This document shows, piece by piece, positions 24,901-28,988 of a stretch of 64,000 nucleotides of DNA. Source of the DNA: an uncultured bacterium. Its GTDB lineage: Bacteria > Verrucomicrobiota > Verrucomicrobiia > Verrucomicrobiales > DEV007. Location of the stretch: the NCBI GenBank assembly GCA_963977015.1, contig CAXBMO010000003.1, positions 288,001 to 352,000 of the forward strand, read 5' to 3'. A model generated the notes under the pieces. That model was not told the origin of the DNA. It searched no databases and saw only the letters and a list, made by a program, of their open reading frames with translations. Numbering within the stretch: position 1 is the stretch's first letter; each line of letters starts with the position of its first letter. Both the position numbers and the translations under genes were made by a program.

Positions 24901-26212
24901 CTATCTCTCCTGCCGCCGAGGTATTCTCCACAGTCTGGACCAGCATACTACCGGACGAGGTCCCGAAGACTTCAACCGTGAAGTCCATGTCGTTGACTTG
25001 GGTTATGCCGGAATTGCTGAACGCTTGAACGTCCAAAATCGCACGAGTCAGGGTAATGCTCGGCTCGGTCAGCACAATCGGGACCGAAACCTGCCAGGTT
25101 CCCTCGGTGTGGATATTCAAATCCGGAGCAAAATGGCCTTCAGCGCCCACTGTATCATGGAAGCCGTTGAGTTCCTCACTTCCATCATCCACCTCGGTGA
25201 CGGTGAGATCCCCCGGATCCTGAACCCCATTGGTCGTCCACGTGATATTGCTTGCCGTCGTTCCTGAAACCACACGATCGGTGAAATCGGTGGAGAGGAT
25301 CACTTCATCAACCGCAGCCAAGGCGAAATGCTCGCCGTCGAGACTGCCTGGCGCAGCGCCCTCCGCTTGGCTGATCATCGGAACGCGTCGCTCACTGGTC
25401 TCGAAAACCTGATACATGATCGACGCTGAATCTGCGGATTCTTCCAAGCCCATGATGTGCCCCTGCTCGTGCATCAAAACGCTGAGCAAATCGAGACGGT
25501 TATCCGCCGCGGATTCGAACACGGCGATCATCTGGGTGTCGCCTTCGCTCAGCGAAATGTACTCTTCATCGTCCAGTGGCGTTTCATCGAAAAACCAGGT
25601 TCGACCGGCCGCATCAATATCGATCGTGATGATGTTATTCTCTGCCAAGCCGAGATAGTCCCCGGGCAAATCCACCACCTGATAAACCACATTGTTCAGA
25701 GCGAGGGATTGCTCCTCGGTCAACCCCGTCATTCGCCAACGTTCCGCCGCGGCCTCCGCCATCCAATTTACCACATCCGGACTCAACTCTGAACCCTGCG
25801 CTTCATCCGAAAACTGTCCCCATTCATCGACCTCCAACAAACTCTCCCCTATCACCTCCATCGCATTCTCTTCTGCGTCGCTCTCGATCGGAGCTGCGAA
25901 CTCCCCGCTCTCTTCTCCCAACAGGTAAACTTCTGTCTCAAGAACAGACTCCGTCGTGACATCCAGATTATCCTGAGCCACGGGCTGGGATTGGGACGAT
26001 GACTGTTCGCTCTGTGAAACAACATCGGGTGCGTCTTGAGCCGGCTCTGAACCCAATTCCGCATCTGGAGCACTGCCTCCGTCAACGGGCGCAGCCGAGT
26101 AGAGAATCCGTGGTTCAAGGTTTTCGAGAAGCATCTTGCTGCCTGCCGGCTTTTCTGAGCTGGGTTTCTTGCTGCCGATGTGACGATCGAGGGAGGTCGG
26201 TTTCTTTTTCAT
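6962..26212 (-). CDS. Giant LEPR-XLL-family surface/secreted adhesin-like protein, copy A (6416 aa)
   Basis: N-terminal LENLEPRILYSA motif and a metzincin-like HEQGHIMGLEE with SIMY Met-turn. LamG/ConA-like domains (WHHLALTFD..YVDG, WHHVTYVLD..YIDG). Autotransporter-associated beta-strand repeats (LTKTGSGVLTLGGENTYTG), VCBS-type repeats (TITINGTNDAP), a cadherin/Ig-like unit (IDVLANDTDAD) and a C-terminal Ig-like domain (ADAAGNWSASL). Confidence 0.95.
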   Translation of the reverse strand: MKKKPTSLDRHIGSKKPSSEKPAGSKMLLENLEPRILYSAAPVDGGSAPDAELGSEPAQDAPDVVSQSEQSSSQSQPVAQDNLDVTTESVLETEVYLLGEESGEFAAPIESDAEENAMEVIGESLLEVDEWGQFSDEAQGSELSPDVVNWMAEAAAERWRMTGLTEEQSLALNNVVYQVVDLPGDYLGLAENNIITIDIDAAGRTWFFDETPLDDEEYISLSEGDTQMIAVFESAADNRLDLLSVLMHEQGHIMGLEESADSASIMYQVFETSERRVPMISQAEGAAPGSLDGEHFALAAVDEVILSTDFTDRVVSGTTASNITWTTNGVQDPGDLTVTEVDDGSEELNGFHDTVGAEGHFAPDLNIHTEGTWQVSVPIVLTEPSITLTRAILDVQAFSNSGITQVNDMDFTVEVFGTSSGSMLVQTVENTSAAGEIAFDFPAPLRLSNGESYELRISSVGQGGGNNSGLDAVSVYGLVHPSSTIFTLDFEDNPGSSLFISGGSGASSVDNSVAALGATNNTGAGATDTVWGMKSEVGNEFSTATLTFNASSYDSGAALAALNALTPGDYQLVTEYDQYVVEKNAKFGLTLNGVNGGSGDSRGGANFWRVHNVGHGGLGSAAPGDDSGDNAFSHVSISTENNAGTSAKNPAILTIVAPGETPTGVNVFEQGQFSSMRLEFWNTGSGDSSIPAEIYYDNISFSAIALPAVTDPLVNLTFDADSASSGDSLTGTANSGSLGGNATVSGSLTYADSTVTGELAAQFDENNNVVTYSIPAGTIGIDSDFTVAASVYIDGNQSQYDRILDPFFEFDDNTTAVTFKSTEQTIYRTGALGAGWHHLALTFDADASPTTGRGVVRAYVDGIEVAANTNALRPDFSAGLMLNLGAQESGNRPMTGRVDDVVFYNSLVLPDDIAAIANPVRAVYVNDSWTNQSDITNGDGDLEAVGTQTATFGNNAFGTLQDAVDAIDTLRDVTLIVNEGDYSGETLDLSAFSNDITVKFVEGNSTLGGLIGGDNVTIELGGVDGVHNDATTLAIESGDFSGVLSGIGELTKTGSGVLTLGGENTYTGSVVVESGRLILDGGTMGTVIQQGGTVQIGADDAVDSATIEGNYELQVGGILEVDFFGADDANSRDAGTVDTGNDYLIVNGDVTLAGELSLNYTLPNDVTTGDQFTIIKSTGTISGAFSNGTVTVGGYTFEVQVNDFGVDGSDVVLVAVNDAPELSNVQITSGDEGTQTRLSGTILDAEFNGDGYTIAVDWADPNDSGTKTYDLADLGANGTYNATTGEFELWHTYADDDPSSDSSNTYTVNVQVTETLGYQLQALYGFDAGNANDSTTNNNDGSTIHGSGIAFIDDPERGGVVSGSGTGYIEVPHSDSLGEIDDQLTVSFWIKAEAPVDDQAINKSWFRFLRKGNESGSDGTPTWFINRSGSTDQVNIRVDTFPNDDVTGDHNQNLNYNRGGAVLDGNWHHVTYVLDNGTSSEYIDGSLNHSQTYRHGNGLSNTDVLQLLGKSTADAINGLMDDIGIWSRALSGDEVGQLFGGATIPTENIFSQTVSVTTTVSNAAPVISVGTGDSNAETLSETDAGISASGTLTVTDAGVLDTEDLTVESVLVTGDANGIADATLQGMLGFSSDSLTLDASGVGTIDWDFSSGSEAFDHLADGESLMLAYTIRATDDDTGFGEHTVTITINGTNDAPEAHADTDESVEAGGESNGIAAVNAEGNVITGVGTTNGGTDFDVDTDDDPSADDGSVLVVSAQYSGGGTPVGGNSGGQMSGETVVDGQYGFLTIQPNGSYVYTLDDNTSDTLAEDEFATDEFTYRIANETPEEFALLDIEPNGGQTATNAISINGYARNTSGNLSEQSFISQTGQAFSVAIDAAGTGSVDWRDRRADGSADSPVDLGEDFIKNNHGIIEVTLGTLPAGTYLATSYHRDPQFEQSDTIKVLVNNGDGSGLVDTGQRGTAGLSAPGVSGLSEENLAATAAHFTFTADGTNDVIIRFDGTEGTNKAETPLNGLQLFYLPDVNAVSASTLTVMVQGSNDAPEITGGPDSAELTETNAGLSTSGSLTVTDPDQSDIVTGAVSLAVSGDDPADPSRPSDAELLAMFSVDPATPGQWLSGSETTKTLNWTFDSGSQAFDYLPEGQSLVLTYTLTATDDAAAPLSDSETVTITITGTNDVPVATADTDEATEAGGDGNSTPAENAEGNVLTGTGTTNGGTDVDADFNDDVAVVTIEYSGGGSPLGTNGGGTVDGETIVDGQYGRLTIRPDGSYTYVPDQEATDHLATGQSVSDVFTYGSANEQAQQILIDIQADGGRTADGAISVEGGANFAGNEGFVDRAYTTANGLSFTLSIEDTNAIGNDAGSVDWRDRGDSNLTSDLAKLAEDFVKNSSGIIRVTLGELPAGTYEVTSYHADAQHTQSEAIQVLVDNGDGNGLVNTGQTGNANVAFGGVNGLTDADVESTAAQFSFVADGTNDVIILFDGTAASDRETPLSGLLLNFIPTVAPESESTLTITVNGTNDVPQITVETASGDADSAALTEGNGTLSASDTLTVSDPDFTDTVSAEVTGVTVANGQTPVSNGDLEAMLTVAPAAPVNGSATSGQITWTFNSNSERFDHLSDGEVLTLEYTVEANDSQGGVDEHTVTITITGTNDAPVVVDDTAATTEDAAAIDIDVLANDTDADSGDTKTVVELNGSTTLTGLSELGAAVSHTGGGIFSYDATSAAALQALADGETVEDTFTYTMEDSSGEERTATVRITVTGEGAIEIDTRLSMPDTFANRAPGDDGTVDTVSVALNASGDLEIQVNGTLLRTVSATVLGNTPDLDIQGSGDVDAIAIGDLGVGNFANVTINANGGADMVTFSGSSASSFSGLLSVNAETINLNADITATGFTLSATGGTVTQLATATLDSGSGTIEIDADGAVNLAGTVKTTGNLDIDAGTGTISLPGADVSGKIALVTSGDASLENATGIDFATTTIGGDLNATATIGDITNTGGALTVGGMADFNATTVDPGRGGIVNQLPSLANVGGFWDFEGGTPLADKSSNGNDLTQSGTTDQRPVIGAVSASGNGWAPTNLGNSATFNGNDYLDIPASAYTGDDFTFTIAGRSNTGTWRVMLASDDLALLNHSGSLRLRTQSPSDGDDVVSGIYTDNDWYLTTMRYTKATGLIEVFVSTNTGIAGEPVLMETWLATNPIEKFRIGGDGISGIGGFDGWRGELDFIAFHNEALDDSEVQQMFSKFTTGNGNVAAVNLGGDGNTLEVGGALGLTTGSATINSVGAIDFKTSNVSELDVVASGAISNTAGTVTATGLASLIGTSIDLGGTNAVVFGDLLSLTSAGNASVTNNGDLALGASTIGGDLSARANGSITDSGTVAVTGGAQFASTQVDADLELDQLAVSGSIGLNTTGSGGNALIVNTGTIDFSSTDIGGDLDVTATSGNITNEGGTVSVAGMANFQATGGAGDLSALTAVWDFDGSDPLADKYGNGYTLSAAGSSLPTFVTATDSGNGWTPSELADGNVAQFDNSQNVLSIPNSVYSGGSFTFSVAQMRTNPNYGYDTLLGSNRFRYQNVSGNLQGQLTSPGGTFGGSEPLTAGDWYLITLRYDHTDKSLESFVTTKDGTIADGPALTGSASGTDGLSNATDFRIGGDGSSGIGSLDSFEGQLDFASFHDGLLTDEQLEEMLAIFQVGYSHESVIELGGTNTLAVTGEIGVETNGDATVVNATSIDLKSTSSIGGAFTATATTGDVTVNHAVTMGGDYILTGEDVNFTSTVDTGTHTLTITNTGTGEAQGIVSGEGNLVKAGSGTWTLSQDNTYSGDTSVIETGTLEVTQPSALPGTASVSTDATLHLLSDGINDFDNAFSGDGRILVTLSGASGNTSLLGANSGFTGLLELETDGSPTGNKLSGNPGLDASATIRINEGTQLFSSGTIVSKIEVSGSGNTETRGAIRLNGSLSGQITLLGDTILGIQTTNGTISGDIVNGTAGPVTLTIGAPNQGAGNVNITGKIEDGVGMGVVSLEKVGAGTLTLSGDNSYSGTTVIVDGTVVAGSDTGIGSGDLYFGSSDASSPATTTVGALDLSAFSAAVSNLYFFTHSPLHNVVTIGAGKTLTVGDGTTPVDVIFGPNIAGGSTTNVLFTGEGSLDVNGNGSSLFQLGGATGSNYGGATVDMSDLASADIDLGSSGTLRVGFAGNSGGGAASTLILADTSTVTAATISVGAHTGGVAMQRLHLGSIENTLNANTILVGPGDYTGTRSSGTLDFGTSSGSVTIRGAAGGSSRADLQIANGTTGTSGSPTGTVDFLDHGADLLIDDLIIGGRDRGSGGTTATLSFNQGSLDVTSLTMSNRKGSNVSGQVTSILNLEGGTATFGAIAMGLNSSSATSANGGATATINVSGGTVNVTGGISLASATGSVDSVSSGTLNLIGGEVNVGGDITVDAAGIGTQNAVIDLKGATLSLGGNDIGTLANPIGTFTFTSGRLEDVGEFNRAYTQTGGDLQIGGDAATGTMEIAGDLTTSSGDLEVDIIDAITDVLQVDGNATLGGTLTVTGVSPDRDVYLLIDLIDNADTLSGVFTNANVSGAIVDVGGVDYEIVYNGGDGNDVMLVKASPTIVYVNDQWSSLGDGIVVDGDLETTGTAEDAVVGYTAFGSIQAAVNALGSNSGTIIVNGGDYSSDAVDLNATVGNVALQLVNDSENTESTVTIGSLQSGSGDTVVLGQHGTAVHLTVGNSTNSTISGVISGSGSLTKTGSSLLYLTGTSNTYTGGTVIEQGTIRIQADGSLGAVPGAFDGANITLNGGILKNNGPSVDLVANRGVTVTASGGRIDVRGGTTMTINGVISGSGVLEKHDGGELIFTAQNTFDGEILLTNGTLTLDATAGNTLAATNTLSIGRAGGTAFDTELNVNSDQTLAQLNYRFDITGTVIGNTTNIASAATLTTGGFINGIVDSGTHSDSTTTAATLTMTGGKFVVNSGSTDISIGIVDSQFGNERRNYTLDLTGLNEFEATTTGTFYLSPGGRDDADLILAATSTITADAVSLGGWNSTPTMKLGETTFIHADTITLGGNLPSAAGNANGGQSEISFQSGLTAPVLTIRDLAGTGRADLIVGMGGTQNTANTGTLDLTGGTVDALLDEVFLGDATNRAGGIGILTFEAGTLDATSLSVGRTSEVGTDHLGTGTLNQNGGTLTVGTLILADEQAGDATAIYNLAAGRLEATTIDAGDGTAVTFNWTGGTIANLAGSDLSIESDVSISVTGANNQVFDAEASQTITVAGVLSGTGGYTKAGEGTLDLTGANTYDAPTVIAEGTFLLNGSLISGTPGTITVQGDATLGGTGITNATINAAGTVNPGITFGDLATGDLNLGAGSTYTVEIDGITPGDGSGHHDQVAVTGSIDLKLTPNVVLVTNRLAEDQDTIDFLTTNFGANVTTGLFSSFSQAEQDILEAADLVIVSRATNSGDYTNSEAETAFWETLETPTILMSSFLARSSRWDWVDTGGLASNLSAAGNETAVTTSGRSDPLFEGVATPADLYNSNYDAIVSAGVGDGKILATGGSGGHIIAARWNAGDALGADGRVAGGDRIFIGSWTGHNVEILTPEGHLVLQRAVGELLSPTLEVTVTSGPVAGASYVIVDNDGTADAVTGMFRNLAESATVTATGGEKFTISYVGGDGNDVVLFGGVADANVAIDGSGNLVISDIGSDSSDDLTISRVTIDSTEYYEISDSDSSRVFSTTGIERSDIMRPNASTVRVATAKVTGGLIVNAASATPTFAVGSVTIASELTLTGEAVINAQTIVVNENLTASGVTLNAAAAGGSVSMAASAVIDAGSGDIDIDADGAVTLAVLTTTGNLAIDTNTGSITDIGAGFISIGGTADLTTTSGSADIILDQLDVTGSIALNASGTATIVNATGIDLRDSTVGGDLAATATSGDLNIAADVIVTSTTGGMTLNASGNFTFDVRAVLNAAGAVEVNLDPGVADGTGVVVNFLGRIDASAAVINGGQDEDVFRIQPSETTEITVHGHDPTTLPGDALVVLGPNPQLASTGTGKGTYTFPTANPALQPVHFTGIESDNLVPVLLGVSISDSLVHGVGQGPIALFSNIQVTQANLVTSATIQIHGGYQPDEDRLSAIVLPAGLSQRFDRSSGTLTISAGPGGVSAKAMEQALRAVAYSNKDLSDPTPGTRWFVVEVQDGTDRSNALQVSVIQEGKAKPASAVEAEGTPPPTAGTTPAGKEGASGELSNLQSLLNSFGDSGVFAGVRLDEVLDGTSAYQFLNGQLINPDGVVIDPSTIRSGESSVLPSLPPAFSLTPFFAGTSAVGAQIVVTISDGAGGFSYTTTVQADAAGNWSASLSGVTLEDRVYSITIQEVSPIFAMEGGSSSIFRAGSFRGGLIPGLSTEEELTLGDIYGLIIDATIPEDAILQLEQKL
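17930..21530 (-). repeat. Intragenic VCBS/Ig-like repeat tract, including a tandemly duplicated ~480-aa unit
   Basis: Repeated FD[HY]LxxG..L.YT...T.TITI.GTND[AV]P. Units ~20100-21530 and ~18660-20100 align at both protein and DNA level. Confidence 0.85.
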
Positions 26213-26230
26213 CTAGGTCGTTGCGATCTT

Positions 26231-26734
26231 TCAATCGCTGGAGTCGGAAAGGGAGGGAGTAAAAAGTCCGGTTTGATTTTCGGACACAAAAAGAGCCTGC
26301 TCGAAGCTGGGATGCGGATGGCAGGCTCTTGGCGGAACCCTGCGGTTCCGAATGAGAGAAAAATTCAAGGAATTGATCGTTCTTCTCCGGCGGCCAAGAT
26401 TCCCTCCAAAAAGCCAAGAGTAATCCCGCAACAATCCGGAGATAAATCGTCCGATCGCATCAGCCCGCCGGAAGGCCTGACTGAAAATCGCCGAAATCAG
26501 CTTTTGCGTGATGCGCAACCGCCCATTCTCAAATTGGGGCAGCCACGAGTAAAAGCAGACCGTTTTCCCGACACCTGACAACATGGTCGTTTTCTCACGC
26601 TCAGGAGGCGCTTCCGAGGTTGCAACTTCCGGCAGGGCAGCCACCGAGTCTTCGTCCACAAAAATGACGCGTTCCGGCTCGCTAACACCGCAAATCACCC
26701 AGGTTGTAAGTTGTATCGAGGAGGTTACCATCAT
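26231..26734 (-). CDS. Uncharacterised leader ORF, copy A (167 aa)
   Basis: Paralog of 6225..6734: PERV.F.DEDSV, APPERE, VCF.SWL, SQ.FRRA..IGR, GLLR.YS.LFGG. Its TGA lies 18 nt before the giant-gene ATG, as in copy B. Confidence 0.65.
   Translation of the reverse strand: MMVTSSIQLTTWVICGVSEPERVIFVDEDSVAALPEVATSEAPPEREKTTMLSGVGKTVCFYSWLPQFENGRLRITQKLISAIFSQAFRRADAIGRFISGLLRDYSWLFGGNLGRRRRTINSLNFSLIRNRRVPPRACHPHPSFEQALFVSENQTGLFTPSLSDSSD
26288..26330 (-). terminator. Intrinsic-terminator-like hairpin inside leader ORF A
   Basis: Minus strand reads AAGAGCCTGC-20 nt-GCAGGCTCTT then TTTGTGTC. The stem is conserved with copy B while the loop has diverged. Confidence 0.6.
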
Positions 26735-26939
26735 TGCGACAAATCAGGTGGGCAGGAGCGTCCAAACGCCGAATACATCTTAGCTTCGAGGCTCAGAATT
26801 TCAGGCCACCCGACCTGTTGATCGAGCCCCCGCGCCCATCCAACTTTGGAACAAATTCCGGAGAGAATCGCACCCTAGTTGAAAGCTGCCGAGGGGTTTC
26901 AGTCTATAGGGCGGCAACTACCGTATATTCGTGGTGATG

Positions 26940-26971
26940 CGCAATGGTTCCCTTGTAGTGCTTTCGTATAG
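26940..26971 (-). promoter_or_regulatory. Conserved upstream motif, copy A
   Basis: CGCAAT-ggttccc-TTGTA-gtg-CTTTCGTATAG, matching 6845..6876. Confidence 0.6.
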
Positions 26972-27115
26972 ATCCGGGCGCTTTGACGCCACGAAAGTGG
27001 CCTTTTCCTCGAAGTGCCGCATTTCCGGACATGATGATGGAGATGCCACCGGATTGCGCGAACACGACACGCCACCTCTAACCGCCATCCTTATCTTACC
27101 TTCCCGGTAATGACC

Positions 27116-27772
27116 TCAATCTAGGGAGATCAATCCTCGCCTCAGAGCGATGGTTGCTGCGGAGGTTCGGTCTTGAGCGCCAAGTTTTTCGAACATCCTG
27201 CGCAAGTGCACCTTAACCGTTACCTCAGCAATCCCAAGCTGCTCGCCAATGACCTTATTGGGACAGCCTTTCGCGACGCGTCGTAAAACATCCAACTCGC
27301 GCTCGCTCAGGTCTTTTTGCTGACACCGCCGCTCGTACTTGGCCTCCAATTCTGGCGGAAGAAAGGTTTCACCCTTTGCCACTTTCCGGATCGCTTCCAG
27401 CAGCTGCTCACGCGGCGTCATTTTCGACAAATAGCCGCAGGCCCCCGCTTGCATGGCGCGATAGACGGCTTCCTCAGAATCCTCCGCTGACAGCATTAAC
27501 GCATGGACGCCGGGGAATTTCGCCTGAATCCGAGAAAGCGCAGTTAGCCCGTGTCCATCCGGCAAATTGGCATCGAGCAAGATCACGTCAGGCACGGTTT
27601 GACAGTACCGCTCTACAGCTTCATGAACTGATTCAGCTTCGGCAACGATTTCAAGATCGGATTCCACCTCCAACGACGACGTAAGGCCTGAGCGAACGAA
27701 AAAATGATCGTCCACCAAGAGTAGTCTGATGCGTTTGGCTTCAACTCCGGTCATCTGATTTCTGCTGCTCAT
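27116..27772 (-). CDS. NarL/FixJ-family response regulator (REC + LuxR HTH)
   Basis: LLVDDHFFVR, PDVILLD, GYLSK, and LSERELDVL..G.PNKVIGEQLGIAEVTVKVH. Confidence 0.96.
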   Translation of the reverse strand: MSSRNQMTGVEAKRIRLLLVDDHFFVRSGLTSSLEVESDLEIVAEAESVHEAVERYCQTVPDVILLDANLPDGHGLTALSRIQAKFPGVHALMLSAEDSEEAVYRAMQAGACGYLSKMTPREQLLEAIRKVAKGETFLPPELEAKYERRCQQKDLSERELDVLRRVAKGCPNKVIGEQLGIAEVTVKVHLRRMFEKLGAQDRTSAATIALRRGLISLD

Positions 27773-28118
27773 CCCTGCTTCTTGGACTCAGCTTGTCGTT
27801 GTTTAATTCTTGGTTTCCGTCGCATCAGGTATCAACACACCAATGACTCCAGTTGGATTGAGATTCTTACGAAAATTTAGTTTAGACATCTCAGTTTTCC
27901 ATTTTGACACCAGAAATACAGAATTCGGGCGCCTCGCCGATTCGAGCAGATGGATTGAGGCTGCCGCGCTTATCACGGGCGTAAGCGTGCGGTTGTTGCG
28001 CGCCATTCTTCGAAATTCCTAGATTTGGCTTCGCCGCCCTCCAGATCCAAAGCACCGGATCTTCATCAAATCATGATCAAAGCCCTTGGTGCGCTCCATG
28101 TCGCTCATGGGAAAAAGG

Positions 28119-28191
28119 TGGACGGACTGGGACTCGAACCCAGGACCAACCGGTTAAAAGCCGGTTGCTCTACCAACTGAGCTATCCGTCC
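28119..28191 (-). tRNA. tRNA-Lys (anticodon UUU); CCA not fully encoded
   Basis: Reverse complement GGACGGA TA GCTC AGTTGGTA GAGC A ACCGG CT TTT AA CCGGT TGGTC CTGGG TTCGAGT CCCAG TCCGTCC A folds as a 73-nt cloverleaf. Confidence 0.97.
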
Positions 28192-28264
28192 ATTGAGCTA
28201 GCTTCGATCAGGAGGCTGAAAGGGCGGGTATTAACGTCGCAGGAATCGACTTTGCAAGTAAGAA

Positions 28265-28753
28265 TTACGAATTCTGATCGCTCGAGACACTTTCGCGATT
28301 CTTCTGCCGTTTCTCCAATTCAATTTCGATTCTCTCGATGAGAAACTCCAAATCGTTCAGATTCATCGGTTTCTCCAGAACATCATGTTCCCCAAAATCG
28401 ATCGGGCTGTCAGGAAATACGCGATTGTTGAGGAATGCGGACATGATAATGAAGGGAATCCGAGAAAGCTCGGGGTCCTCCTGAAACGATACGAAGACTT
28501 CTGCCCCGTCCCGTGGTGCCATGATGATGTCCGCCACGACCACGTCCGGTTTCAGATTCCGGGCCTCATGTTCGGCCTCATTGGAATCATGAAGTGGCAC
28601 AACCTGGTAGTTTCCGTGGTCCTCCAACAGCCGCTTGACGAGGCTCGTGAACGCAATGTCATCATCGATCAGAAGAATCTGCCGCTTTGAATCTGAATCC
28701 TTGCCGGACTTGGCCGAACCGCTTTGCCAAGCGGTGTTCGCCTTGGGGTGCAT
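28265..28753 (-). CDS. Stand-alone response regulator receiver protein (start may extend to 28819)
   Basis: ILLIDDD, PDVVVADIIM..RDG, IPFIIMSA, LEKP. No output domain. Confidence 0.88.
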   Translation of the reverse strand: MHPKANTAWQSGSAKSGKDSDSKRQILLIDDDIAFTSLVKRLLEDHGNYQVVPLHDSNEAEHEARNLKPDVVVADIIMAPRDGAEVFVSFQEDPELSRIPFIIMSAFLNNRVFPDSPIDFGEHDVLEKPMNLNDLEFLIERIEIELEKRQKNRESVSSDQNS

Positions 28754-28988
28754 GTCGTAACTGAGGGGTAAGTTTGCGTGGTTGGGTTTCTCCCCAAGAA
28801 ACGACATCGACTTCGACACTCAGCTCCTGGCGACAAACCTCTAAGGCGCAAAAAAGCCCATTTTTCCGTAAAAGCAAAGAAAGTTAGCAATAATGCTATG
28901 GCGTAAAATGGCGAGTCTATTCTCACCTCACTCAAGTGGTCTCCTTCTTTGGGTGTGAGATCGTTCCCTTCGCGCTGACAGGCCATTT

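Larger units (their letters stand above)
25322..26734 (-). repeat. Diverged ~1.4-kb duplication, copy A
   Basis: Colinear with 5312..6734. Confidence 0.92.

Noticed and set aside
105-26000. Numerous plus-strand ORFs (up to 532 aa) opposite the giant genes
   Set aside because: Antisense shadows of GC-rich, biased coding sequence, with no recognisable motifs.
6734-26734. The two leader ORF starts are exactly 20,000 nt apart
   Set aside because: Coincidence. Copy A begins Met-Met, so the homologous ATG is 26731, and other homologous points have different offsets (giant ATGs differ by 20,006; upstream motifs by 20,095).
27803-28022. Short ORFs between the regulator and tRNA-Lys
   Set aside because: No motifs or supporting signals. 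They cannot be supported as genes or as integrase remnants.
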